NCBI GenBank assembly: GCA_963705115.1
Contig: CAVPIX010000016.1
Span: forward strand, 237,365 to 301,364
DNA from: an uncultured delta proteobacterium
Lineage (GTDB): Bacteria > Desulfobacterota > Desulfobaccia > Desulfobaccales > 0-14-0-80-60-11
Length of the DNA stretch: 64,000 nucleotides
Direction: 5' to 3'
Position 1 is the stretch's first letter. Every line of letters starts with the position of its first letter. Under the pieces are notes generated by a model. The model was not told the DNA's origin. It was given only the letters and a program-made list of their open reading frames with translations, and did no database searches. Shown in pieces: positions 33,554 through 42,627 of this stretch. Made by a program: the position numbers and the translations under genes.

Positions 33554-33571
33554 CTGTGAGAAAATTCACAA
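33554..33571. promoter_or_regulatory. Rex-like operator upstream of hmcA
   Basis: CTGTGAGAAAATTCACAA vs Rex consensus TTGTGAANNNNTTCACAA (2 mismatches). Confidence 0.65.
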
Positions 33572-33761
33572 TATAGTGCCTAAAAAATAGACATTGCTGT
33601 CAATCCAGTTCCCCCAGAGCCTCGCTGGTCATGTTTCTTAACATCAATAACTTACAGATAAAACAATCCTTTGCGCCCAGTACATGGCAATAATAGCACA
33701 ATTAGTTATCCAGTCAACATGAAAATTCCGGGGGTTCCCAAAAATTATGTGTTCAATATTT

Positions 33762-33798
33762 AAACAAAAAACGGCGGGCCCGTGGGCGCCGCCGTTCC
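33762..33798 (-). terminator. Intrinsic terminator after rplY
   Basis: Minus strand aacggcggcgcccacgggcccgccgttttttgttt. Confidence 0.75.
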
Positions 33799-33823
33799 GT
33801 GGGTTTGTCTGGGGTGAGTTTTT

Positions 33824-34465
33824 TTAGCTCTCAGCCTTTTCTTCCTTTTTGCCGCCCTTGACCAGCTCAGGTTCCGAGGGCACTTCTTCCACGGCTTCGG
33901 CGGCTTCCTCGGCCTTGGCCGCGGTGATGGAAACGATCACTTCATCCGGATCGGAGAGAATTTCCAGGGTGCCGGGCAGGTTGAGATCCCGGACGTGAAT
34001 GCTGTCGCCGGGTTCGGCCAGGCCGGAGATGTCCACCACCACCCGTTCGGGCATATCCTGGGGCAGGCACTCCACTTCCAGTTCCGTCAGGCTATGGACG
34101 AGGGTGGAGTCATAGGTTTTCAATGCGGGGGCGGTCCCCTGCAATTCGATGCCCACCTTGACGTGTGTCTTTTCCGTGAGGGACAGGACCTGGAAATCCA
34201 GGTGCAGGAGGTGGCGTTTTATGGGATGGCGCTGCTTTTCCCGGACCAGGGTGGGGTATTCTTTCCCATCCAGGCTGACGGTTACCAGGCTGGAGGAGGT
34301 CAGGCGTGACAGGGTCAGCGCGGTCTGGTGGGCGTCCAGCAGAATGGGGGTGGAATCAATACTGTGGCCGTAGAGCACCGCCGGGAGTTTGCCGGCCCGG
34401 CGCAAAGCGCCCACCTGTTTACCGATGACGTTGCGTTTGTCTGCTTTCAGAACAACCTTTTCCAA
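33824..34465 (-). CDS. rplY: 50S ribosomal protein L25 / Ctc (long form), TTG start
   Basis: AGGAG RBS; LRRAGKLPAVLYG, Q.HP....LLHLDF, EVECLP..MPE...VDISGL..GDSIHVRDL, acidic tail. Confidence 0.93.
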   Translation of the reverse strand: MEKVVLKADKRNVIGKQVGALRRAGKLPAVLYGHSIDSTPILLDAHQTALTLSRLTSSSLVTVSLDGKEYPTLVREKQRHPIKRHLLHLDFQVLSLTEKTHVKVGIELQGTAPALKTYDSTLVHSLTELEVECLPQDMPERVVVDISGLAEPGDSIHVRDLNLPGTLEILSDPDEVIVSITAAKAEEAAEAVEEVPSEPELVKGGKKEEKAES

Positions 34466-34517
34466 ATTGCGTACACTCCTTGTGACTTTTTCCGGATAAC
34501 TCCGGCAAAATCTAATA

Positions 34518-34791
34518 ACCTGGCCGTGCACCCTCCTTCGGGTCCGCCTCAGGCAGATAGGCTAAACCAGGGGGTTGAGGATTAGCGGTCGCCACGACAC
34601 AGCCGGCCCGGCTTACCGCTGCTTCCTTCCGGACCTGACGGGGTTCACCACCGTCTGTTGCGTGGGAGCCAATCCGCCCTTCTAGCCGCCGTCCCTGCCT
34701 GCGCCGCAACCCTCTTTGAGGGAGTTCAACCCCGCATAAGCGGTTTTCGGGCTACAGGGCACCGCTAGCTCCCCGTCTAGCACGACCAGGT
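34518..34791 (-). ncRNA. ffs: Signal recognition particle RNA, large bacterial type with Alu domain (~274 nt)
   Basis: Helix 8 gtcaggtccggaaggaagcagc; 5' Alu ggtcgtgctagacggggagctagcggtgccctgtagcccgaaaaccgct; terminal helix acctggtcgtgc / gcacggccaggt. Confidence 0.95.
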
Positions 34792-34802
34792 GTGGGTCTT
34801 GA

Positions 34803-35078
34803 TCAGTTGTCCACCAGTTCGCCCAGCTCCTTGCCGACCTTGAAAAAGGGGAGCTTTTTGCCCCCCACTTCAATGAGGTCCCCGGTCTTGGGGTTCCTCC
34901 CCTTGTAGCCGTTGTAAAATTTGACCTTGAAGCTGCCGAAGCCCCGGATCTCGATGCGCTCATGTTTGACCAAGGCCTCCGCCATATTCTCGAAGATAGC
35001 GTTAACCACCATCTCAGCTTTCTTCAAAGTGAGATTTTCTTCCTTGGCCAAAGCTTCAATGAGCTGAGACTTGTTCAT
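34803..35078 (-). CDS. IHF beta / HU-family DNA-binding protein
   Basis: MNKSQLIE, RIEIRGFGSF, GRNPKTG, PFFKVGKEL. Confidence 0.93.
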   Translation of the reverse strand: MNKSQLIEALAKEENLTLKKAEMVVNAIFENMAEALVKHERIEIRGFGSFKVKFYNGYKGRNPKTGDLIEVGGKKLPFFKVGKELGELVDN

Positions 35079-35577
35079 AGAGCGCTTCTCCTCTGGGGAA
35101 ATCGGCCGGCGGCCGCAAGGGCCGGAGCCGGGTGTGGGCTAATTGACTGAATAATATACAAAAAAAGATTGGGGGTAAAGAAAAAAATGTCAGCCGGAAA
35201 AAGAAGTATATCGGAATCTTGGCATAATAGTATTTGGTATTTAAAGTTGTTATATCAACAACCAGGGAGATGCCGCCTCACCTGCGACCATAATAGCATA
35301 TCCCGAATAGGATATCCTGGCTTGAAAGGGACTGCACGAAAAAAAAGCCTGTCACCCTTGGTTTGGCTCGCTTTAAAAAACGGAGCTTTTCCAGGTTTTT
35401 GCTGATTTACCCGCCATATTCATTATTCATCTTGGCAAGGGCTTGACAGGGCGTCTGGCTGACCCTAGGTTTGTTACGACAAATCCAAGCCCTGCCCGTG
35501 GAATCCCCGGCAAACCTGAGAGCTTCCCGTTGGCAGGATTTAAGAGAAAAAGATAACCCACACCTAAGGAGAATCGC

Positions 35578-36024
35578 ATGAAAGTATTAATCGCTTACGA
35601 CAGCAGGACCGGCCACACGGAGAAAATGGCGAAATATTTAGGGGAAGGCGTCCGTTTCGCCGGCCATGACGTGGTTACCAAGAAAATCAGCGAAATTAAA
35701 AGCGAAGGCGACCTGGCGGGTTACGATGGGTATATCTTCGGTTGCCCCACCTATCACCGGGACATGACCCAGGGCATGAAGACCTTCCTGTTTCTGGGCC
35801 AGAAAGCCGACCTGCGGGGCAAGGTGGGCGGCGCCTTCGGTTCCTACACCCACAGCGGCGACGCGCCCAAGTTCATTTTCGACACTATGCAGTACGTTTT
35901 TAATATGAACATGACCGACATGGGCTCCTTCAACCTGAAAGAGGGCATGATGGATAAGGCCGAAGGCATGAAAGCCTGCCAGGATTACGGCAAAGTGGTG
36001 GCGGAGAAATTAACCGCCGCCTAA
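35578..36024 (+). CDS. Flavodoxin-domain protein
   Basis: Y.SRTGHTEKMA, FGCPTY, GAFGSY; RBS AAGGAG; TTGACA-17-TAGGTT promoter at 35443. Confidence 0.88.
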   Translation: MKVLIAYDSRTGHTEKMAKYLGEGVRFAGHDVVTKKISEIKSEGDLAGYDGYIFGCPTYHRDMTQGMKTFLFLGQKADLRGKVGGAFGSYTHSGDAPKFIFDTMQYVFNMNMTDMGSFNLKEGMMDKAEGMKACQDYGKVVAEKLTAA

Positions 36025-36251
36025 GATTATTGCCCAGAGTTTTCGGGAGGGGGGCCACAGGTTAAAAACCTGTGCCGCCGGCCCGGCACCACCCCTGCCA
36101 CCTCTCCCAAACCTCGTAGGAGCGCAATTCATTGCGCCCATAAAGGGCTCGATGAATCGAGCCCCTACAGATGGGGGGGCAGGTAAGGGCGGGTTTAAAA
36201 CCCGCCCTTACCTCCTTGGCCCTCCCTTACCTGCAAAAACCCTACAAAACA

Positions 36252-36288
36252 AAGAAAAAAGCCGGTCCCCCAGGGCCCGGCTTTTTTC
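36252..36288. terminator. Bidirectional intrinsic terminator
   Basis: aaaaaagccgg...ccggctttttt between convergent genes. Confidence 0.75.
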
Positions 36289-36317
36289 ATCTTTACCTTA
36301 ATTATTATCGCCTTGGT

Positions 36318-36809
36318 TTAGTGGCCGCAGCCGCCTCCGCCCCCCGAAGAAGAGCAGGAACAGCCCGCCTGCACCTGGGTGGGCGCATTGCTGAACCCCA
36401 CCAGCTTGATGGAGAATTCCAGGTCTTTGCCGGCCAGGGGATGGTTGAAATCCACCGTAAAGGTCTCCCCGGCCAGGGTCAAGATCTTCCCGGGGACCGG
36501 CCCCTGGGGGGATTTGAACCACAATTCTTGTCCTTCCTCAACTTCCTTGCCGCTCAGCATGTCCCGGGGAAATTCCTTTTTCAATTCCTCCCGCTGGGGG
36601 CCGTAGGCATCGTCACAAGGAATGAGGAGCTTTTTCTCCTCGTTTACCGCCATGCCCTGGACCGCCTGATCGAAACCGGGGATGACCTGGCCGTTCCCCA
36701 CCTGGAATTCCAGGGGCTGCCGGCCCTCTGAACTGTCAAAAACCGTGCCGTCTGTCAGCCGACCGGTGTAATGCACCTGGGCGAACTGCCCTGACTGAAT
36801 TTTTTCCAT
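36318..36809 (-). CDS. slyD: FKBP-type peptidyl-prolyl isomerase (SlyD-like)
   Basis: VHYTG.L.DGTVFDSS, VIPGF, AYG, VDFNHPLAGKDL, short Cys/Gly/His tail. Confidence 0.88.
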   Translation of the reverse strand: MEKIQSGQFAQVHYTGRLTDGTVFDSSEGRQPLEFQVGNGQVIPGFDQAVQGMAVNEEKKLLIPCDDAYGPQREELKKEFPRDMLSGKEVEEGQELWFKSPQGPVPGKILTLAGETFTVDFNHPLAGKDLEFSIKLVGFSNAPTQVQAGCSCSSSGGGGGCGH

Positions 36810-37096
36810 TACGCCTCCTCTTTTTTTCACCATCACCTGACCGGGGGAATGATCTTGTCAGGAAAAAGCATTAGCTGGCGGGAGCAAAGCCGGCCACCTT
36901 GCCAAGCCGCAGGCAGCCCGCGTTAGTGACATTTCCCGACGAGGTGCAACCCCTGCACCTCGATGAGGTGATTTTCTCGAAGAATTATTTTTACTCATTA
37001 TAACATAATATCTGCTATCGGAAAGTGAAGAGCCCTCAGGGATTTGTTCGTCAAGACGACCAAGTTGGCATCTTTGCGCCTTGGCGTGACCCCCCA

Positions 37097-37903
37097 TCAG
37101 GACCCCGGCTCTTTATCACCGGCCGCCCTGGCCTCTTCCCCCGCCGCCAGCCGGGTGCGCACATACCAGTCGATCTGGCGGCAGATGCCCTTGATGACCT
37201 GGGTTTCCCGGGCCTGCAGGCCATGCCGGTTGAACAGGCGGCGCACATTGAGCATCCAGTGCTCGGGGTTCTGGGCGCCGATATAGTTGATCTTTACCAG
37301 GGTCTCCTGGAGCATGGCGTACATGGTTTCCAACTCGCGGGTGTTGGCCAGGCGGGGCCGGACCTGGGGAGTGTCGGGGCGGGCCACTTGGAGCTCATAG
37401 GCCATAACCATCACCGCCTGGGCCAGGTTGAGGGAGGTGCACTCCCCGGTGGGAATGGTCACCAGGGCCTGGCAGAAAGGCAGCTCCCGGTTGGTGAGGC
37501 CGAAGTTTTCCGGCCCGAAGAGCAGGGCGACGTTGTTGTGCTGGGACAGGTCGATGAGGCGGGCGGCTATCTCCCGGGGGCTATTCAGTTCCCGGCGGAT
37601 GCCCCCCAGACGGGCGGTGGTGCCCACCACATACTGAAAAGGCCCCAGGGCCTCGGCCAGGTCCTCGTGGATGGCCATCTTGTCCAGGAGGTGGGCCGCG
37701 GCGGGGGTGGCCATCATGTGCAAGCGGACCGGGTCCAGGGAAGCGGGCTGCACCAGGTGCAGGCGGCTTATCCCCATGTTGCAGGCCGCCCGGGCCACGG
37801 CGCCGACATTTTCCGGAATCTGGGGGCGAAAGAGCACGATGGCCACGTTGTCCAGATGCACCCGGCCGGTTTCATCCCGTTGCTTCTGCCCCTTTGCTTT
37901 CAT
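37097..37903 (-). CDS. trmJ: TrmJ/LasT-family SPOUT tRNA methyltransferase
   Basis: PENVGAVARA..NMG, VGTTAR, FGPE..GLTN, SLNLAQAV. Confidence 0.88.
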   Translation of the reverse strand: MKAKGQKQRDETGRVHLDNVAIVLFRPQIPENVGAVARAACNMGISRLHLVQPASLDPVRLHMMATPAAAHLLDKMAIHEDLAEALGPFQYVVGTTARLGGIRRELNSPREIAARLIDLSQHNNVALLFGPENFGLTNRELPFCQALVTIPTGECTSLNLAQAVMVMAYELQVARPDTPQVRPRLANTRELETMYAMLQETLVKINYIGAQNPEHWMLNVRRLFNRHGLQARETQVIKGICRQIDWYVRTRLAAGEEARAAGDKEPGS

Positions 37904-38538
37904 GAGGCTTCCAGCCCTTGCTGCTGTTCCATTTGGGCATCGTGCCATTTGGACAGCAGCAGCAAGGCCATTATCGAGCCCACTAAACACATGAGCATGT
38001 CCGATTGTGTGTCCCAGATGTAACCTTGCGTCCCCAGGAATGAGTCTCCCAGCGAGCCGGTGGCCACCGCCGCGCCCCACTCGATAAGCTCATAGGCCGC
38101 ACTGGCGCCTAAAATTACGAAAATGAGTATTGCCGGCAGCCAGCCTGTTCTTGCCACAACTCCCTCCCTGATAAATATTTCCCGGATAACCAAAACCGGC
38201 CCAAAACCCTGCATGAAATGGCCCACTTTATCATAGTTATTGCGGTTCCAGCCGAAAACGGGCTTGAGCCATTCGAAAAGGGGCACCTCAGCATAGGTGT
38301 AATGGCTGCCCACCATGAGCACCATCATGTGCAGCCAGATAAGCCAATAAACCAGGGGCGTAAAGGTAAAACGTCTGCGGGTGACGGCGAGTAGGGCAAG
38401 GCCGAGTAATACCGGCAGAACCTCGAGAAACCAGGTAAAGTAATCATGCGGGTTTATCGCCGACCAGATAAAGACTGCCAGAAGCGAGGCAATCCAGAAT
38501 ATGAGATGCTTGCCGTTGATTGGCATTTTCAGCAACAT
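37900..38538 (-). CDS. DUF2238 / YjdF-family membrane protein
   Basis: W.LEV.P, HYTYAEVP, RNNYDKVGH, YELIEW, FLGTQG..WDTQSDM; start uncertain. Confidence 0.88.
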   Translation of the reverse strand: MLLKMPINGKHLIFWIASLLAVFIWSAINPHDYFTWFLEVLPVLLGLALLAVTRRRFTFTPLVYWLIWLHMMVLMVGSHYTYAEVPLFEWLKPVFGWNRNNYDKVGHFMQGFGPVLVIREIFIREGVVARTGWLPAILIFVILGASAAYELIEWGAAVATGSLGDSFLGTQGYIWDTQSDMLMCLVGSIMALLLLSKWHDAQMEQQQGLEAS

Positions 38539-38759
38539 GTATTTTAAGAACCCCAAGCCAGCCCTAACCGGCTATGATGAGGCCACCTGGGCCTAACCCC
38601 TGGGGGGCATGGAAAAAGCCATCAATATAAAGGCCTTGGCGCGCCCAGGTTAAAGTATCCCGCCGCAACTTGCCCCATGCCTTTCTTATCATGGAATCTA
38701 TTCATAACAAAAACAAGGAAATCGAAAAAGCCGAACATTTCGCATATACTTGAGAAACC

Positions 38760-39101
38760 ATGCATATCGACAGCTATGATTTTGGGCAGATTGTCATCGA
38801 CGGGGTGCCCTACCGGCAGGATTTACTGATCTGGCCCGGTAAGATCAAGGCCGATTGGTGGCGGCAGGAGTCCCATCTCCTCCAGGTGAATGACGTGGCC
38901 GAAGCCCTGGCCGCCGCTCCGGAAGTCCTGGTGGTGGGCCAGGGCCAGCCCGGCCGCCTGGAAGTGGACCGCACCCTGGCCGCGTATTTGAGGGACAAGG
39001 GCATCGAGCTGGTGGCCGCGCCCACCAAAGAAGCCTGCCGGGTCATCAATTCCCTGGCGGGCAAGCGCCGGGTTGCCGCGGCGTTGCATTTGACCTGTTA
39101 G
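38760..39101 (+). CDS. Mth938/DUF498-like protein
   Basis: IDSYDFG.I.IDG..Y..D, H.L, VVGQG, ends AAALHLTC. Confidence 0.88.
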   Translation: MHIDSYDFGQIVIDGVPYRQDLLIWPGKIKADWWRQESHLLQVNDVAEALAAAPEVLVVGQGQPGRLEVDRTLAAYLRDKGIELVAAPTKEACRVINSLAGKRRVAAALHLTC

Positions 39102-39151
39102 GAGAAAAGTTACAGGCTCTCGCGAAGGCGCAAAGACAAGGGAAAGAAAAC

Positions 39152-39922
39152 TTGCCAGAAGATTTTCAGATCATCGACAGTCACCTGCACTGCGGCCGGC
39201 AAAACGTCTCCTGGCGGTGGGAGGACCTGCGCCCCCATCTGGCGGCCGAGGGCATCACTGGAGCCGGACTGATTCCGCCGGTGGAGGATGTTTACGACCG
39301 CTACGATCCCGCCTTTACCGACAACCCGGCCTGGCAGGCCTGCCGGCGCCGGGCCCACCGCTATCTGCTCGACCTTAACGACCCGGACATTGCCATCTAT
39401 CCGTATTTTTTTGTGTGGAACGATTTCGCCTGGGAGGACCTGGGGCCGGAGTTTGTCGGCGTCAAGTGGCACCGCCACGGCAATGAACCGGAGTATCACT
39501 ATGACTCCCCCCGCTGCCGGGAATTCCTAAAGGTAGTGCGCGGCCGGGGCATTCCCATTCTCCTGGAAGAAACCCTGCCCAACACCATATTATTCCTTGA
39601 AAAACTGGTCCCTGCCGGGGTGCCCGTCATTATCCCCCACCTGGGGGGCCTAAACGGCGGCTACCGGGCCCTGGACCGGGCCGGGGTTTGGGGCCTGCCC
39701 CAGGTCCATGCCGACACCGCCCTGGCCGATACCAGGGAAACTGAAGATTATCTGGGGCGCTACGGCTACACCCGGCTCATGTACGGCAGTGACTTCCCGT
39801 TCAGCTTTCCGGAGGTTGAACTGGAGAAGGTCAGGCGCCTCAACCTCCCTGTGGATCAGGCCCAGGCCATCCTGGGGGACAACTTTCGCCGTCTTTGCCG
39901 GCTACCGGGGCCAAAGCGATGA
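39152..39922 (+). CDS. Amidohydrolase-2 family metallohydrolase
   Basis: IIDSHLH, GVKWH, IIPHLGG, DT, MYGSDFPF, ILGDN. Confidence 0.85.
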   Translation: MPEDFQIIDSHLHCGRQNVSWRWEDLRPHLAAEGITGAGLIPPVEDVYDRYDPAFTDNPAWQACRRRAHRYLLDLNDPDIAIYPYFFVWNDFAWEDLGPEFVGVKWHRHGNEPEYHYDSPRCREFLKVVRGRGIPILLEETLPNTILFLEKLVPAGVPVIIPHLGGLNGGYRALDRAGVWGLPQVHADTALADTRETEDYLGRYGYTRLMYGSDFPFSFPEVELEKVRRLNLPVDQAQAILGDNFRRLCRLPGPKR

Positions 39923-40353
39923 GTGAAGCCCGCATCCTGGCCCTGGACGTGGGCAAAAAGCGCATCGGCCTGGCGGTGAGCGACCCCCTGGGCCTGACCG
40001 CCCAGGGGCTGGGGGTTCTGGAGCGCAAAGACTGGGACCGGGACCTGGCCCGCTTGGTGGAGATGGCCCGCCCTTACCAGGTCCGGGAAGTCCTGGTGGG
40101 ACTGCCCCGGCACATGGATGGCCGGATAGGGGAGCAGGCCGAGGAAATCCTGGTCCTGGCCCGGGCCCTGGCGGCAGCCCTGGGAGCCCAGGTGGCCACC
40201 TGGGATGAGCGCCTGACCACCATGGAGGCCGAGCGCCTGCTTATCCACGCCGATATGAGCCGGGGCAAGCGCCGCCGGGTTGTGGATAAGGTGGCCGCCA
40301 GCCTTATCCTCCAGGCCTATCTGGACCGCCGCCCGCAAGGAGAGGAAATCTGA
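39919..40353 (+). CDS. yqgF: YqgF/RuvX pre-16S rRNA nuclease
   Basis: ILALDVGKKRIGLAVSD, VGLP, WDERLTT, DKVAA.LILQ.YLD. Confidence 0.93.
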   Translation: MSEARILALDVGKKRIGLAVSDPLGLTAQGLGVLERKDWDRDLARLVEMARPYQVREVLVGLPRHMDGRIGEQAEEILVLARALAAALGAQVATWDERLTTMEAERLLIHADMSRGKRRRVVDKVAASLILQAYLDRRPQGEEI

Positions 40354-40580
40354 TGCAAAAACTCTTAGTCTTCCTGGCCCTTCTCTCCTGCCTGGCCTGC
40401 GCCGGCGCCAGGGGCAAAGCCATGACCGCTCAGGAGTACAGGGCCGCCCAGGATCAGCAGGTCTACGATTTGTACCGCCAATACCTGGAAACCTTAAACG
40501 CCCAGCGGGAGCGGGCCGGCCTGCCACCCGCGCCCATAAAGTCCTCTGAGGAATTCCGGCGCTCGCCCGGGACTGAGTGA
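40353..40580 (+). CDS. Small putative lipoprotein
   Basis: TGATG coupling to yqgF, GGAG RBS, hydrophobic signal with Cys. Confidence 0.65.
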   Translation: MQKLLVFLALLSCLACAGARGKAMTAQEYRAAQDQQVYDLYRQYLETLNAQRERAGLPPAPIKSSEEFRRSPGTE

Positions 40581-41085
40581 ATAATTGGGGAGAGCAAGGA
40601 CTGTCAGGCCTTGTGGGTGCAAAACCATAATTCATGAGCCGTTGGCCCACCCGCAAGATGAAAGGGTCGGTGGGGCGGGCGTCCCTGCCCGTCATTCTGG
40701 TGCGCAGTGCGCACCCTACATTTTTTTGTTGTAAAATCAAACTGATATAGACTGTCAACCACATTGACCCCATCCCTTTATCGACCCAAAATCTAGGGCA
40801 ATCAATATCTTGTGCAATGACTACCCTCCCGTACAAAATACAGGTAACAGGGGCTTTTCTGTGGATTTTTCGCAGAATTTCCAGCTCAGCCTCACCCCTG
40901 TCCAGGCCCCTGCCCCACCTGTTCCCGCGCCCCGGATAAAAACCGCAAGTCCTTGCCCCGCCTGAGTTTCATGACCTGAGCCTCAGGTTTTCCACCTGCC
41001 TCGTTTCCTCCAGGCGCCCCCCTTCCAGCCCCGGTCATGAGGTTCAAGACCCTGAATTGTGAAACTTTTCCCCTTACTTTTTTTC

Positions 41086-41170
41086 TTGACAATTCCCTAA
41101 GAAGAGCCTTATTTTAACCCTCAGTGGGAAAAAGTGGTATTTAGTGGTGAATGTTGGTAGCAACTGGGGC
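41086..41170 (+). promoter_or_regulatory. dcw promoter with five 10-bp-phased MraZ-binding repeats
   Basis: TTGACA at 41086, -10-like TATTTT at 41110; GTGGG/GTGGT/GTGGT/TTGGT/CTGGG at 41124, 41134, 41144, 41154, 41164. Confidence 0.85.
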
Positions 41171-41178
41171 TGGAGCCC

Positions 41179-41613
41179 ATGTTCAAAGGCAATTCCTTTC
41201 ACATCATGGACAACAAGGGCAGGGTAAGCATCCCCGTGCGCTACCGTGAGATTTTGCAGGAACGCCAGGACCGCCAGCTCGTGCTCACCAACTGGGATGG
41301 ACATATCGTGGCTTTTCCCCAATCCGAATGGGTGAAGGTGGAGGCCAAGCTGGGGGAACTGCCTTTGTTCCGCAAGGAATACCAGGCTCTTAACCGCTTC
41401 ATCATCTCCGGGGCCGAGGACTGCCCCCTGGACCGCCAGGGACGCATCCTCATCCCCCAGACCTTGCGGGATTACGCCAAGCTGGGCCGGGAGGTGGCCG
41501 TGGTGGGCCAGGTCCGCTACTTTGAAATTTGGGACAAGGAACGCTACGAAGCCCACCGGCAAGAGCTGGAAGCCAGCCTGGATGAAATGGTTCTTAAGGA
41601 AGTGGTCATTTGA
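41179..41613 (+). CDS. mraZ: Transcriptional regulator MraZ
   Basis: MFKG...D.KGRVSIP and D.QGRILIP repeats, FEIW. Confidence 0.96.
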   Translation: MFKGNSFHIMDNKGRVSIPVRYREILQERQDRQLVLTNWDGHIVAFPQSEWVKVEAKLGELPLFRKEYQALNRFIISGAEDCPLDRQGRILIPQTLRDYAKLGREVAVVGQVRYFEIWDKERYEAHRQELEASLDEMVLKEVVI

Positions 41614-41709
41614 TCAATCTTCTCACGACCTGCAACCGACAGGGACAGTTGCCGCAGGATGAGGCCCAGGGTGGGCAGGTGCAGGGAGGAACTTTTTACT
41701 TGAGGTAAC

Positions 41710-42609
41710 GTGGACCAGAATCCGGTGCATCAGCCGGTCATGGTAGGGGAGGTGTTGGCGGGCCTGGGTGTTCGGCCCGACTGCCTGTATGTGGATGGCA
41801 CCTTGGGCGAGGGGGGACATGCCGTGGCCATCCTGTCACGGATCACCGGAGCGGGGGAGCTCTGGGGGTTCGATCGGGACCCCATGGTCCTGCAGACGGC
41901 AGGCGCTCGGTTAGCCCCCTTCACCTCCCATTTTTCTCTGTTTCACCGTTCGTATGCCCAGCTGGGGGAGGTCCTGGAAGAAGCCGGTCGTCGGGGGGCG
42001 GCCGGCATCCTCCTGGATTTGGGCCTGTCATCCTTCACACTCCAATCTTCCGGCCGGGGGTTCAGCTTTCAACGAGACGAGCCCCTGGACATGCGCTTCA
42101 ACCCTGAGGGCCCCGACCCCACCGGCGCCCAGCTTCTCAACAAGCTCCCCCAGAAAGACCTAGAGAGAATTTTCCGGGAATACGGTGAAGAACCCCGAGC
42201 CCGGAGCCTGGCCCGACGTATCTGCGAGGCCCGGCGGCAGCGCCCCTGGCGCACCACCGGGCAGTTGGCGTCCATGGTCCTGGCGGCCGGCGGCCCCAGG
42301 GCGGCCAAAAGCCGGGTGCACCCGGCCACCCGGGTTTTCCAGGCTTTACGTATTGCCGTCAACCGGGAGTTGGCGGAACTGGAAAAATTTCTCGACGGCG
42401 CGCCCGGCTGGCTGGAACCGGGAGGGCGCCTGGTCATCATCTCTTACCATTCTTTGGAGGACCGCCTGGTGAAGCATCGGTTTCTCGCCTGGGAAAAAGC
42501 AGGGTTGATGCGGCGCTTGACCAAAAAACCCCTGATCCCCACCGTCGAGGAAGTCCGGCAAAATCCCCGGGCCCGAAGCGCGAAATTACGTCTGGCCGAA
42601 AAAATTTAA
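41710..42609 (+). CDS. rsmH: 16S rRNA m4C1402 methyltransferase
   Basis: H.PVM, DGTLGEGGH, DLGLSS, PLDMR, HPATRVFQALRI.VN, SYHSLED. Confidence 0.96.
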   Translation: MDQNPVHQPVMVGEVLAGLGVRPDCLYVDGTLGEGGHAVAILSRITGAGELWGFDRDPMVLQTAGARLAPFTSHFSLFHRSYAQLGEVLEEAGRRGAAGILLDLGLSSFTLQSSGRGFSFQRDEPLDMRFNPEGPDPTGAQLLNKLPQKDLERIFREYGEEPRARSLARRICEARRQRPWRTTGQLASMVLAAGGPRAAKSRVHPATRVFQALRIAVNRELAELEKFLDGAPGWLEPGGRLVIISYHSLEDRLVKHRFLAWEKAGLMRRLTKKPLIPTVEEVRQNPRARSAKLRLAEKI

Positions 42610-42627
42610 TCTTGGGGGAGTTCGAGG

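Noticed and set aside
34512-34709. 65-aa ORF and 5' extension of rplY to 34531
   Set aside because: Both overlap the SRP RNA; the rplY RBS supports a TTG start at 34465.
41120-41170. Novel 10-bp periodic repeat
   Set aside because: Explained by known MraZ operator repeats.
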